A stretch of 64,000 nt of DNA, taken from positions 64,914,001-64,978,000 of the forward strand of contig OZ024740.1 of assembly GCA_964016885.1 (NCBI GenBank), written 5' to 3'. A program made the translations under genes and the position numbers. The notes under the pieces are model-generated. The model had not been told where the DNA came from. It saw nothing but the letters and a program-made list of their open reading frames with translations, and made no database searches. Origin of the DNA: Eledone cirrhosa (taxonomy: Eukaryota). Every line of letters begins with the position of its first letter. Within the stretch, counting starts at the first letter, position 1. Positions 13,209-27,894 of the stretch are shown here, piece after piece.

Positions 13209-14235
13209 CTATTCTCAGCTAAGTTCCCAGGCAATGCGCGGACACTAGGAACCCATATAAAAATATTAATTCAGTAGATGGAATGAAGCTAGCTAGGACT
13301 AGATTCCGGAGCACTGAAACAATTTCACTTCCTCTGGTCAGTGGCAGATTCTAAAGAATCAATCACGTGACACCGAGGTTAATCAGTTAGGAGCGGGGTG
13401 GTATAATGACAAGAGCCTACTACTACCATGAAACAGCAGTAAATGTTGGCAAGTTTGCTCAACAAATAATTTGGAGATAAATATAGAGAATTAGTACATC
13501 TACCAACATATGTGCACAGATGTACACTCATGCTAGCAAATATATAAGTTATGTCTTAGTACCTATGTGGTTCTATGCAGCTGAATGCAGAACAATTATA
13601 TGAAAGACGTAAAATAAGAAAATTTTAAAAATTAAAAATCAACTTACTTACTAAAATTTTCACTCCAACTAATTAGTTTCTGTATTGGGATAAATATAGT
13701 TACAATGACGTAATGAATTCTCTATAGTTATATATATTATGTAACTATATTTATCCCATTACTGAAACTAATTAGTTGGACTGAAAATTTTAGTAAGTAA
13801 GTTGATTTTTTATTTTTAAAATTTTCTTATTTTACGTCTTTCATATAATTGTTCTGAATTCACCTGCATAGAACCACATAGGTACTAAGACATAACTTAT
13901 ATATTTGCTAGCATGAGTGTACATCTGTGCACATATGTTGGTAGATGTACTAATTCTCTATATTTATCTCCAAATTATTTGTTGAGCAAACTTGCCAACA
14001 TTTACTGCTGTTTCATGGTAGTAGTAGGCTCTTGTCATTATACCACCCCGCTTCCAACTGATTAACCTCGGTGTCACGTGATTGATTCTTTAGAATCTGC
14101 CACTGACCAGAGGCAATGAAATTGTTTCAGTGCTCCGGAATCTAGTCCTCGCTAGCTTCATTCCATCTACTGAATTAATATTTTTATATGGGTTCCTAGT
14201 GTCCGCGCATTGCCTGGGAACTTAGCTGAGCATAG

Positions 14236-14321
14236 ACTCCCTGATGACGTAATGAATTCTCTATAGTTATATATATTATGTAACTATATTTATCCCATTA
14301 CAGAAACTAATTAGTTGGAGT
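14236..14321 (+). ncRNA. Type-I hammerhead ribozyme, family D
   Basis: actcc-CTGATGA-cgtaatg...(extended stem II with tatagtta/taactata)...cattaca-GAAA-ctaattag-TT-ggagt; palindromic stem III. Confidence 0.85.
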
Positions 14322-14774
14322 GAAAATTTTAGTAAGTAAGTTGATTTTTAATTTTTAAAATTTTCTTATTTTACGTCTTTCATATAATTGTTCTGCATTC
14401 ACCTGCATAGAACCACATAGGTATTAAGACATAACTTATATATTTGCTAGCATGAGTGTACATCTGTGCACATATGTTGGTAGATGTACTAATTCTCTAT
14501 ATTTATCTCCAAATTATTTGTTGAGCAAACTTGCCAAAATTTACTGCTGTTTCATGGTAGTAGTAGGCTCTTGTCATAGTACCACCCCGCTCCTAACTGA
14601 TTAACCTCGGTGTCACGTGATTGATTCTTTAGAATCTGCCACTGACCAGAGGCAGTGAAATTGTTTCAGTGCTCCGGAATCTAGTCCTCGCTAGCTTCAT
14701 TCCATCTACTGAATTATTATTTTAATATGGGTTCCTAGTGTTCTCGCATTGCCTGGGAACTTAGCTGAGAATAG

Positions 14775-14859
14775 ACTCTCTGATGACGTAATGAATTCTC
14801 TATAGTTATATATATTATGTAACTATATTTATCCCTTACAGAAACTAATTAGTTGGAGT
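14775..14859 (+). ncRNA. Type-I hammerhead ribozyme, family D (next monomer)
   Basis: actct-CTGATGA-cgtaa...ttaca-GAAA-ctaattag-TT-ggagt. Confidence 0.8.
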
Positions 14860-15029
14860 GAAAATTTTAGCAAGTAAGTTGATTTTTAATTTTTAAAATT
14901 TTCTTATTTTACGTCTTTCATATAATTGTTCTGCATTCACCTGCATAGAACCACATAGGTACTAAGACATAACATATATTTGCTAGCATGAGTGTACATC
15001 TGTGCACATATGTTGGTAGATGTACTAAT

Positions 15030-15061
<32 letters not shown>

Positions 15062-15090
15062 AATTTCATTTCTCACTCTTAGTACGGCTG

Positions 15091-15133
<43 letters not shown>

Positions 15134-15342
15134 TACATATATACGTTTTGTTTTTAATCTATCTAGACTATATTTTAACCGATAATCCATGTTTCACATC
15201 TTTTGTAGCCCATTCTCTTTCTCTTTGTGATATTTGAAACTATGATTTCAGCTTACCGTATTCGTATATATATATGTTTTTGCATGTCAGAGTAAAATTT
15301 ACAATGATAGGCATTATATATATAAAATGTACAATGATAGGC

Positions 15343-15397
<55 letters not shown>

Positions 15398-15545
15398 CAT
15401 AATACAACTGGTTATCCGCAAAATACATATAGTTAGCACCCCAAACGTAAAATACGAATTATACTAAGGTATATCCTAATGTTTGTTGAGTGAGATGGAA
15501 GCCAGTCAGAGTATAGCTTAAAGCTTTCTCTGTTAATGTATTAAA
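15398..15545 (+). repeat. Diverged 3' fragment of HHR family G, between (TA)n tracts
   Basis: tagttagcacccc...tcctaatgtttgttgagtgag...aaagctttctc matches the reverse complement of 29560-29705. Confidence 0.7.
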
Positions 15546-15548
15546 TAT

Positions 15549-15674
<126 letters not shown>

Positions 15675-15960
15675 GATATAGATATAAATAACTTTCTTTT
15701 TATTTGTCACCAGGGCATCAGAGAGTGGGACAAGTACAATGGGGGGAGTTTACATAAAAAGGCGTCCTCAATAAGCAGGAGGCAATAACAAAATATAAAA
15801 ATATAAAAATATAAAATATAACAAAAATAAATTGAATAACAAAATCATCAATAGGGAGGAGGCGCCTTGGGTGGTCGCACACACCCCCGTAAAAAGTTTG
15901 TAACCCTTCTCCTCGGGAGCACTGTGAGAGGGTGCTCCCTTGATTTTTCATCTTACTCAC

Positions 15961-18900
15961 CTACAGTCTGATGTAGAGTGAAGGCCCATTCACACGGGCC
16001 ATTCTCGCCACATTCACCCATCTTTCATAAAAACGGCTGGGGTGCAGCACCTCTCTCTCCATCCTGATCCTTCTTCCGAAATCATATCGGAAGAAACGGA
16101 CCAGTTGTTGGCCAGGGGGAAAGGTGTCTGACCTCAGCCCTTTCAGACGCGTCCAGCATACAACCTCTTTCGCCATGGCTATTACGCACAGATACACCGC
16201 CTCTCTCTCGTTTTTGAAAAGGGGAGGTGGCTTGATCGTTACAATAGACTCGGTGGTCAACCGGATCGGTCCCACCCGTGATAGCAGTCGTTCGACATAG
16301 CCCACAGAGTGTATCAATGCGTGTACAACGTTCGACATAGCCCGAGCAGTGTACCAATGCGTGTGCAACGGTTTCCTCGTCGCACACGCATCTGGGACAG
16401 TCTTTTTCGAGGAGTTCCTACCTGGGTGCACGTGTCTGTAGAGCCTTTCTCGAACGGGCAGAGCCCCTCGGTAGCATTGCCAGGCCAGGGACCTCTGGAA
16501 GTTATCCATAGGTCCCGGGCTGAATGTCCTACCGAACAGGTTGACCAGTTCGTTTTCCTCCATGCCTAGGGCTTCTCTGAGGGCGTCTTCGCCCCTGCTA
16601 ACCACCAGCCCTCTACAGAATGATGAGGTGGATTCTCCTATGACAGCCGGGTCCGCCTGCCAGAGAGCCGTGAGCGCCTGGGCACACTCGGTGTGCCAGG
16701 CGCCCACTTTTCTCGGTCTTTGCTTGACCCAGGATTGCAACTCTGTGAGAGAGACGAGTCTGGGAAAGGCTCGCCTCACAAACGGGACCCATACCGGTTG
16801 ACCGGTGAGGAATACCTGGAGGTGCTGTAGCCTTAATGTGGGTTTGTTTAGGCATCATCAGCCACGGCATTCCCAGCCCTCCTTTCGAAGGGTGTTGAGA
16901 GCAGATGGGTTTCCTCACCATAGGAATTGGAAAAGTGCGCGCTCCATTTTGGCGAGCGGTTCACTTGGGCAAGGCACGACGGTCAGGAGGTAGTATATGA
17001 CGGACGCTATATAAGTGTTGGCCACCTCCGCCCGAACTTTCAGGAACAGTTTGCACTCGGCCCACTTCTGGGTCAGTGCAAACACCCTGTTCGTTACCTC
17101 ACCCCAGTTCTTCTCCACATGGAGGTCTGGTCCGAACCAGACACCGAGCAACTTCACCGGGCCCTCCGTCCAGCGCCAGACGACGCCATCGGAGGGCATC
17201 GATCTGCCCCTCCACATGCCGAGTTGCAGACCGATCGACTTGTCCCAGTTCAGCTTAGCCCCTGTAAACCTTTCGTACTCCTCCAGGAAGGTGCCGATCA
17301 ACCCGATTTCCGAGGCCGTCGACACCATTACTGTTACGTCATCGGCGTAGGCTGACACCGCTTTCCGCAATCCCGTTTCCAATGGGATGCCCTGCAACAA
17401 CTCCAACTTCCGCAGCAGTGGCTCTAGAGTCATTACATACAGAAGGGAGGAGAGAAGGCACCCTTGTCAGATGGACCGCGCGATTTCGAACGGCTCCGAG
17501 AGGTAGCCGTTCACCTTGATCCTAGAGCAGATGCGGCTGCTGTGCATGGCATTGATCCAGCCCTTAAAACGGGTCCGAAGCTTGCCGCCACTAGCACCGC
17601 ATCCAGGTAACCATGGTCGACCCTATCGAACACCTTAGATTGATCCAAGTTGATCAGGGCCCCACCAAAGCCGGGTTCGTTCCCAACCCTCTCTATGATG
17701 TATCGCATGAGGTGGAGGTTGTCGTGGATGGACCTGGACAGGATAGCACATGTCTGCGCATCTCCCACCATGTTGTCCACGACAAGCGCCAAACTCTTTG
17801 CTAGCACCTTGGCCAAAATCTGTAACTCTGTATTTAGCACAGTTATGACTGAAATTATTTATATCGTCCCCCTTGTTCTCGTCCTTCCTCTACGCCCTTC
17901 GTCACAGCACACGTAATTCTCCCGTTCTGTTGCCATTTGCAGTAGACCGCCTCGAGGAGATCGGGGAACAAGTCCGGCATAACTAGATATAGTTCGTATG
18001 GAAGACCATCGAGACCCGGGGATTTGCGTTTGCCGCATTGGCTCAGCACGTCCTCTATCTCAGCGGCTGAAATCGGCTCCTCGCAGGACTTCGCCTCCCT
18101 GTCCAAGAGACGAGGCAGGCCGTCAAGGTAGGGACCGAAGTCCACTTCCCCAACCGGCTCCCCTCCCCTTCCGAACAATCTGGCAAAATGCTTATGAAAA
18201 GTCTCGCACATCTGCTTAGGTTCAAGGATCACCCGTCCATCCTGGTCTCGCAAAGACCGGATAGTGGATCTACTCCCTCTTTTGGCTTCGGTCACGCGGT
18301 CCCAGCTAACAGCTTTGGTCCCCTCGTTTGCCAGAGCACGTATTTTGCTTCGGACGATGGATCCTTCGTGTTTCGCGTCGAAAAACTGGCCCAGGGCCGT
18401 TCTCAACGCTAGCACTCTGGCCACGTCGCCGCTTCTAATTACCTCTTCTACACTATCTACCAACTCTCTTTCCTTCCTATTTCTATGTTTGCTAACTCCT
18501 TACTAAATTCTATGGAGACTACTCTAATCTCTCTTTTGAGAGATCCCCACCACATGCTGTTGACGATGGCGCCCGTCAACCGCTCCTTAACTAAATTGCT
18601 AATCCGGTCCCTGTAAGCTTTACTTGCCGGTAAGGACAAGTTGAGCTTCCAGTAACCGGGTCCCTGTCTATGCGTTCTGTCAAGGTTGACCATGCAGGTC
18701 ACTAATTTGTGGTCTGAAGAGCCAACCATGTGCATTTTTGGACAGCTTAAAAGTCCTTATCCTTATTTCTAACTAAGAACCCATCCAGGTACGACCTGGT
18801 TGATCCGTGCGGTTTGCCCAAGTCCAGGTTGGCGCAGTCGGAAAATCTAGTCGATATCTATCGGCCAGGTCAAATCGACCGATTAACCCTTTGAGGTTGT

Positions 18901-19300
18901 TACACCCTTCTCTATCGGGACAGGCCCCTACGTAGTCCCAACGTGCATCTAGGATACCATTCCAGTCCCCCACTAATAGGAAGGAGCGGGACGTCCCTAG
19001 AAAAGTCTCCAGCCGATGGAAGAAGTCCGGCTGCGTTGACCCGACTGCGTAGACGGCTACCAGCCTAAACGCTCCGCCTTCAGCACTGCCAAGGTCCAGA
19101 ACCACTAGTCGACCCTCCGGGTCGAAATCGACCGTCTGTGTTGCGAGACCCAGATGTTTTTGCAGCAGAACGACAACCCCACCCCCACCTCCGAGCTGAC
19201 AGACCACGTTGCTGATCCGGGCCTCGCAAATAACCATCACATCTATACGTTGTAACCTGAGGTCATTTAGAAGCATTGCTTGCTTCCAAGTTGAGCCATG
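15961..19300 (-). pseudogene. ORF2 (AP endonuclease + reverse transcriptase), frameshifted
   Basis: LVGDWN, SDH, GYWKLN, KSPGLDGLPYE, LDQSKVFDRVDH, AYADDV motifs across ORF-track fragments. Confidence 0.9.
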
Positions 19301-19744
19301 TTGGTGGTGAAGAGAAAAGGCACTTCACCTCTCTGGGTCCCGGGTATCGGGCTGCACAATTTCCATGAGGATGGGGGATGGGTTGTTCGGTGGGGTGGTG
19401 GTTTGTGGAAGTGTAGGGGCATCTGTGTGTTGTGTAGGTGTTTGGGAGGGGGTGGGGAATTTTTTAGGAGGACGCGGTTAATAGGCCCGACGCAGGGGGG
19501 GGGGCACGTGATCTTTAAAGTTGTTTTTTAGTTTTATATGTGTCCTCTGGTGCCTTAATCATTTTGAGGTGGGGAAATCCCCTGCCTGGGTGAAGTTAGG
19601 CCCTTGGGTTTTTACTAAATTGTTGTTGTATACAATGTTTAGCAGTTTTTTATTTATTGTGTTTATGTATGTGTATGCATGTTTTTGTTTTTGTGTGGTG
19701 TTTTGATTGCTGTTGTTGTGTGCTCTTTTGTGTTGGTGTCTGTG

Positions 19745-20991
19745 TTATGTTTTGGGAGGGGTTGTTTTCATTTGTGTGTCTGAGGTGTGTTGTCTTTCTT
19801 TTCTTTTGATTGTGTGGAAGTGCTCCTCCTCGTCTGACGACGAACGAGGGTCATCTTCCGCGTTGGAGGGGAGGGTAGATTTTCGGGTTGTGTTTGCGGT
19901 GCGGGTGTTTTGGAAATTTTTTTTTTTAGTGTGTGTGTGGGGGGGGAGGGGGGGGGGGGCAGTGTTTTGTTTTCGTTTGAGCTGTGGTTGTTGTTTTTGT
20001 AGTGGTGGTTGTGGTGATTGTGTTGGTTGTGCAGTTGTTGGTGGTGTAGGTAGGATTGGGATTTTCTTTTTAAGTTGAGGACAGACAGCCCTCAGGTGAC
20101 CTCTGGCTCCACAGAGGTAACACGAGGGCCGCCTAGCCTCAACGGTAATGTTGATAAAAGTTTGATCATCCAGTATGACGCGTTTAGGGATCTGGGCGAT
20201 CCTTTCGGGCCTCATTAAACTACAAGTTCGAGGCTCGTTCCTCTGAACGCGTCACCGGATACCTTTCCCATGGATATTAGTGTGCCAGCGTCTAGGTCCA
20301 GGAGACATGTCAATACCCACCATATGTCCATAATCGGAAGGATGGTGTGAATTTTTAATTTTTGTGTCCTTCTACCCATGTACGTAGGGTAGAAGGTGTA
20401 TGCGGTGGATGTGATTGGTTTTATTGACAGTTTCGCTGCCGTGTCCCTGTCCTTCATGAGAATGGATAGACTCCCGTAGAGTCTATCCTTCTGAATGAAT
20501 ATAATATCTTTCATGACATCTTTTAAGACCAGGTCTATCTCACTCTGTGATGGTTGAGCTGGTTTTTTGCTTTTGTTTGAGACTGTCCTAAACATGACAG
20601 TGTTTAGGAGTCTCTGGCTTTTTAGTTCCATGGGGGACTTGATCGAAAATGATCCATTTTCCCCGTACACTAAGTATTTTTTGGCATCTGCCAGTAGCTC
20701 CTTCGCTTTAATTATATCTACTGGCAGATAGTCGAGGGTTTTCCTTGCAGTCTGGGCGAACGAGACATTTTCCTTGTTCGTGTTGCTGTTGTAGTTGGTG
20801 GTGTTGTTGTTATCATTGTTGTTGGTGTTGTTGTTGTTGTTTTTGGTTTCTTGTGTAGTTGTGGCTACATCAAGTTGTCGGTCAGCAGGTCGGTCATCTG
20901 CTGTTGTGCCAGTGGCAGGGGGAAGCTGTGAGTTTAGCTTCTCTTTTCTTTCTTTGAATGTTGGTGAAGATGCTTCAGCCATTTTTATCAA
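19745..20991 (-). pseudogene. ORF1 (gag-like, CCHC zinc knuckle), one frameshift at ~20215
   Basis: CYLCGARGHLRAVC; the two pieces are contiguous in the paralogue at 36620-36898. Confidence 0.75.
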
Positions 20992-21277
20992 AAGGAACTT
21001 TTTCGAAAGTATTTTTTTTTCACCACAATGTCGCCTAAAGGCGTAGAATAATTTGAGAGACTCACCAAATCAAAATTTGACCTGGCAGTCCCTCTACAAA
21101 ATGGTACAAAAATGAAAGTTTACAGTTTGGAATTTCGATGGAAATTTAGGCAGAACTTACCCAGCAAGTTTTACGCGTGTGTCCATCCCAGATAGATAGA
21201 TAGATAGATATAGATATAGATATATGGATACATATATATGTGTGTGTGTGTGTTTTTATATGTATGTATAAGTATGC

Positions 21278-21333
<56 letters not shown>

Positions 21334-21462
21334 TTACACATACACACATACTACTGATCAAATAATGTTTAGTATCAATGGGTTATTAAAGACATCTGTC
21401 AAATCAATTAGTCGTGAAGGTCGTGCATATATATATGTGTATGTGTGTATATATATATATAT

Positions 21463-21530
<68 letters not shown>

Positions 21531-21533
<3 letters not shown>

Positions 21534-21695
21534 CGTGTCTCGAGCTGTCTTCCGGCGAAACAATTGTAAAACACAATAAATTTAGTGAAGATGCATCACT
21601 GATGTTTCGTTTTATATTATATCACACTCTGCTGTGTAAGAACATAGAGTGCTCAACTGGCCTACCGCCTATGGAAGCATCATAGCTACCATTAA
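21531..21695 (+). mobile_element. 5'-truncated HHR-family F fragment
   Basis: gctg...cggc-GAAA-caattg-TA-aaacac (3' half of an HHR, palindromic stem III), then hairpin cactct...agagtgc; between (TA)n and (CA)n. Confidence 0.55.
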
Positions 21696-21722
21696 ACACA
21701 CACACAGACACACACACACACG

Positions 21723-21888
<166 letters not shown>

Positions 21889-24191
21889 GGCGTATTTATA
21901 CACATTCAAATATGCATGAACGGATATATATGTAATTAGCTCGACGCCCTAGCATTTTAAGATCGTATTTTGTTTTCCTCACAACGGATATCATTCGGAG
22001 TATAACTATTTCAACGAGTATTAAGAAGTATGGTTATTATGTTTTACAATATATGATATAGCCATTAAATATATGTTTCGGAAATACGAAATCCTAGGTC
22101 TTCGTGAGAAAGTAAATAAGCACTTGGAGCATATATATTTACATATGTTATTGTATTCACTTCAGTGATGAAAGATATCTATAGACAATTATGGATCTTA
22201 GTAACGTGGTTATTCGTGTAAAGCTAAACAATATGCAAAACACAAAATCTCACCACAGCAATCTCAATTATATACAAAAAAAAAGAAGGAAAATTACTAT
22301 CGACAGGATGGGTGTAATTGAAGCTCAAACTAAGCAAAGTTTCAAACGAATATATCTATATATTGCTGCGAGTCTCATTGTAAAATCGATATTGTACTTA
22401 TTGAATTTTTAATGTTGTTTTGTTCGTTTTGTTATTATTATTATTGTTGTTTCAATTATGTTGATTTTAGTGGTGATTTAAACATGTGGCATCAATATAA
22501 CCTGTGTTTAGAACATATATTTTCCAATTTCTCTCGTTATGTTTCAGTCTATCTGAATAAGATGAAGTTGTATCTAATAGTTAATGCACACATAACTAAA
22601 TTCATGTGAAGTCGAATGCATGTATCACCTAAACTCAAATATTGTTGTGGTTGTTGAATATTACGTATATCATGTTGAACCATCACGAATGCCTATATTT
22701 TTACATCTATTCCAGACACTGTAGTCGTAAACATAACACTAAAATCAGGTTTATTGTTGGAATATTTAAGGCATTTTCCAAATGCTATTAAAATAAAATT
22801 GGTATATGCGAACGTGTTAAACAAATATATTTCTCCAATGTTTTTGTGTCATTAGCGTTGTTACTTCTGTTTACATTTTGCATTCAAATTTCTCTATATA
22901 AGTATATACAAATGTATATGTAAGTTTTTAATACAATAATATAAAGGCAGCTTTTAGAAGCAACCTACCTATGAGAAAAAGGAAAGCATCTGCAGTAAAA
23001 TACAACCCAAAGTATTAGAACATCTGTAGTGGCGAACAATCCATAAAGAAACTCTCATCCTCACAAAAATTCGAAAGTTCAAACAGTTGTACTTCTGGAT
23101 ACCCAACTGAAAGAGGAAAATTCAAACGTTAGGATGAATAATTCTTCAGATAAATAGAAAACGTCACCCGTAACTCCCAAAAGACCATCTACGTGCTCTC
23201 ATGCTATAAAACGATATCGGACAGATCAAAATGACACTATGTACACACATCTACACTGTCAACAAATCCATGTTTGATAAACAAGACACATCACTGTAAA
23301 TAACTACATTATAATACATACATGAATGAATTTACCTAATTTTAAAATATTCCCTTTCTGCAATTGTCCAAATTCAATTACAAAACAAAAATTAATAAAC
23401 AAAGGAAAGCAATTAATTACCAAATATAGCTCTCGCGTATATCATTCAGGAAAGCATTGAAAATAGACGTTAAATGTTAAAAATTATATACCAATCATAA
23501 TTATAACTCATTCTTTAACGCTACATTTACATTACATATATAACATAATATGTGAAAAATGGTTATATCTTTTCGCTATATATCTATACTCGTACCTCTA
23601 TTCCTGCAGAACATTGCAACACAATTGTTACATCTACATATATTTATCTACGTATGGTTTTATGCATATATGGTATGAATATATGTGTACATATCTGGAC
23701 GTATATATATATAGATATATACATACTATGCATGACAATCATGTTTCCCAAAATATAAGCTAAATGAAATTTGGTTCAGATCATCAATAATTGAAATGTA
23801 AAAGACATATGTGGAGAGAAAAAGAATTCTATATTGTTTGCTAAACATATTTTATGTTGTACACATATATAAATCAAATAATATTCATGAAAATATATAT
23901 ACGTTAAGGGGGTAAATTAATTTCCTCCTAACAGTTTTTCAAAGTCCAAAAACTTAACCGAAGCAAACAATCTATCCAAATAATAAACTATAGATTACCT
24001 ACAATCGATTTTGGTAAACCAACGGAAGGTAAGGATCTAATCATCAGAGGAATTGTCTCAATATATGTCCTACACTGTACAAAATAGCTTTTATATCGGT
24101 CAAGGGCAAAGAGTTTGTTTAAATATCTACTCTACATGGTGTCTAAAATGCTGTAACGACAACGGTAGATATAAACATGATTGGACATAAT

Positions 24192-24385
24192 TGTTTCTTC
24201 TTTTGGCACAAGGCCAGCAATTACCCAGTACATTACTGGTACTTTATTTTATCGACCCCGTAAGGATGAAAGGCAAAGTTAACCACAGCGGGATTTGAAT
24301 AAAGGGACATTTGAATAAAGGGACATAACTATGCTAGAAAGCATGGCGTGTCTGACCCTCTACCGATACTGCCAATTCCCGACCC
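24192..24385 (-). mobile_element. tRNA-type SINE
   Basis: Reverse complement of the family body seen at 34608-34790. Confidence 0.75.
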
Positions 24386-26874
24386 TGCATGATTGGACAT
24401 AATATGGGCTAGAAAGAGATCTGAAATACAGTTGGAGCAACTCAACAAATTAATACATTTGGAGTAGTTATATACTATGTTAAGATGTCAGTATATATTT
24501 AGTATATATGATGAGCATGTTTCACAATAAATAAGGTCAATGGCCCTTGGTTTAAAGCATCAATAATGCAAATTTATGAGATGTATGTAGAGAAATAATT
24601 ACATATCCAAAGATGTAGTTTTTTGTAGTATATCTACATTACAGATTTTACTGGTACTTCAGAAATTAGTTTGTATTAAATTGAGGTCAAATATCTTGAA
24701 TGTTTCTGAAATTATATACTAAATGTTCAAAACCGGTAAAAAGTATTTGAGAAAAATGTAATTCTTTTTGATGAAATATTTGTGTTGTCTGATTAATGAA
24801 AAAGAAAATGCTGCTTTTTCTCTTCCTATAATTTTGTATAAAACGTCATGTCTATGTATTCACTATATGTATACAGCTGGATGATATTTTAAGTAACTGA
24901 AGACAGAATGCATTTCTGTAGTGTATATTAGTACAATGTAATATAGAACGGAAAGGTTGCTTATGCTTGAAATTCTATAAACATAATATTGCAATTTGCT
25001 AAACATTTCTTTTGTACATATGAAGAAAAATGTTCTTCAGTATAACTTCCTCACTGTTCTATTAAATGAACTAGATGAATAAAGAAGCTGTGAACGGAAA
25101 CAATGTGCCTGCTTAGAAAATGTCAATGAAAATATAAGCTAGTGTACTGAAAACCTCCTCTAATATAGTCTATTAATAGTTTAACTAATGTTTTATTATA
25201 AGCTTGATACGTCATTGACTTACCAATAAAATTCAATGATTTTCTTTTATTGTCGTGGTAAATCATTATGGATACCTTTATATATTTTAATCAACTACAT
25301 AAGAAATGCTGCATGTATTTGTATCTGCTTATTACATTTACTACTGTTTAGCCACCAGTCGACTCTAATTGGGAAGAGCGTTTGATTCAAGGCACTCCAA
25401 ATAATATTTCTTTCTTCTGTTCTAGGCTGAACTATGTTATGCCACATCCTATTTATTCAAATTGTAAAGTGTGCTCTATGGGACATTTAGCGCATATTTA
25501 TGAAGCTACATTATACTATGGAGTCAAGTGAAAAAATACAAATTTAAGAAAATTCTCGATTTTGTGTATTAAATTACTAGGTATATATAAGGTTAGAATA
25601 GGATTCCTTGATGTATTTAATCTTAATGTATCTGAAAAGTAAAATTTCTTTATAAATTAAAATTATTTTTGAAAATAAATCCAACTACATTTTCCAATTA
25701 ATTGTCATGTTAGTTTAAGAAAAACAGGTAATGACTGCTTACATAAAACAAGTAACACTGAACTAAATCATGTAAACTTACACATACATAGAATCTAACT
25801 GTGGCTATAAGGATTCTTACTTTATTGATGGGTAGCATCACTAATATCGACACAACAGAGCAAACGTTAGGTTCGCCTAAAACAATTACACGTATTGCAT
25901 CTAGTCTTGCCTCTGAACATATTACGAAGAAGACAATTTAATTTGATTTTGTTAATGGTGATATATATAAATAAATGATATTAGTTCGCCTGGATGGACA
26001 ATGTTTACTGTCCATTTTGAGCACAACCTAACTAATTAAGTTACATTTGCATTATTACATTCAAATAGGTTTGCTAATAACCGAACAGAAAGTTCCCGTT
26101 AGACATGTTAACGTTATTTTTGATTCTTATATTATATACGTTCAGTATCCAATGAAGTTCTTATATTGCCATTGTACATCACTCTAGTTGTCTCTATATA
26201 TTATAAAGAACTAATTAGGTTTTGTCTCAAACATTCATCTATTTTTGATAGTTCTACCTCTCCGTAAAATAACATATATCATTTGAATAAATTCTATACT
26301 TATTCTAGTATTATTAATTACATCGAAATACATATGTATTGAGATGTCTTTAGTGCTTCATTTTGTTTTCTTCTTTTCTTTTGTCAAGTAATATAAATAG
26401 TAAGATTATAAAACGAATGTTCGATTTTTATACTTTAAATTCAGCAAGTTGTATGCCTGAAAATATATTTTATCGAAAATTAACTTGTGAAATTAAATTT
26501 TGAACAAAGGTATATCTAGGTTGATAAAATGTACAAGACTATATCATAAATAATTGTTAGAGTGCTAGTACATGTGGAATGAAGACATATAATAACAAGT
26601 TATATCCACGTTTATTTTAATATACGACCTCTTCTTAAACTCCAAGTTTCTTCAGTACCTTGAAGTGAAGGTCAAATTAACTACTTAATTCTGTTATTAT
26701 CAAGCTCGGCTCGCTCATTAAGATTCTAAATGTAGAATGTTAATCATTAGTGTGTACATATTTCGTAATTGATTGCAAAATTGAAGATCATTTGGGAATA
26801 TGACAACAATATACATAAAAAACAGAGAATTTCGCATACAATTCACATAACATTTTTGAGAGAGAGCGAGAGAG

Positions 26875-26940
<66 letters not shown>

Positions 26941-27894
26941 GTTAAGCAAGAAATATTACCGTCCTTGTTTAATCGAAATCAATTATATCAAGAGTCATGG
27001 CATAATTGGGGATTTTAGTAGTTACAGGTAACTAAGCAAGCAATACGCAATTTAATAACGCAAGTGGTGTTATAAACCTACACCAGGAACCCTAGCAAAT
27101 TATGACAAAGCACACATTCTCTGACACCGAATGCAAGGCGAAGAATGATCACTTGCATAATGTTCTCTAGGATTATCAGGAAAAGAATTGCAACTTAATC
27201 GAAATATTACTCCCATAGATATGTAAACGAATTGTATAAATTATTCAAATATTATGAATGGAAATGCATAACTGTTATGTTGATATTCAAAGGATTACAA
27301 GGTTTTTGAGATATAATGAACATTTACACGGATGATTTCCCTTTGATTATCCGAAAAGGGTTTTTTAATAGAATTGAAAACAATTCTCGCATCATGCCTG
27401 TACAATTTTATTTCAGGAAGATTATTGTTATTGTTTTTTATTAGAATGTATTGAACAATTCCTGTTGGTATACAGTAAATACAGTTGTTATACCGTATAT
27501 ACTCATGAAGTCCTCCTCCTCAGCGGCCTTGCTCTTTAATTTCTCTTTTGCTCTCATCCTCCGAGAGAAAAGTCTTCACTTCCAGATACACCTCATGTAC
27601 ATCAGACGACGCTGTTGTAATCGGGTTTAGGAGATCAGAAAGGTATGCTGTCTACATCATGAGGATTCACGTTTTTGAAATGAATAGAACTCAAGACCTG
27701 TTACTGATAGCAGGTGGGGAGGAAGACATTTTATTATGAAGACGGTGGATGGTCTCCCAGAATATTTTATTTGCTGATCTGCAGTTGGATTATAGCTTAA
27801 CCCCAAAGACCTCTAATTTGTTAACTTTGGAGGCGTTTACTGTCTCTCTGCGAACTTTCGCGCCTGTTTAGCAAGTGCCAGAAGGAGGACCTAT

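Larger units (their letters stand above)
13066..15031. mobile_element. Family D retrozyme-like array: ~2.5 tandem 539-bp monomers (plus, 13705-15031) preceded by ~1.2 inverted monomers (13066-13704)
   Basis: CTGATGA cores at 14241 and 14780 (539-bp period); near-identical monomers; inverted arm; (TA)n and (CT)n(TA)n flanks; no ORF. Confidence 0.9.
15690..21190 (-). mobile_element. Full-length degenerate Tx1/L1-like non-LTR retrotransposon
   Basis: ORF1 with a CCHC knuckle; ORF2 fragments with APE, RT and C-terminal domain; AATAAA at the 3' end; microsatellite flanks. Confidence 0.9.

Noticed and set aside
13066-15031. CRISPR-like or satellite interpretation of the tandem array
   Set aside because: No unique spacers, eukaryotic context, and only ~3.7 units each carrying an HHR
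20210-20220. TAATG stop-start overlap splitting Tx1 ORF1 (coupled translation)
   Set aside because: The homologous region is one continuous frame in the second element, so it is most likely a 1-nt frameshift
22968-23106. Possible minus-strand exon (ttttcctctttcag acceptor, ag|gtaggt donor)
   Set aside because: All three frames contain a stop and there is no recognisable protein; cannot be supported without RNA data
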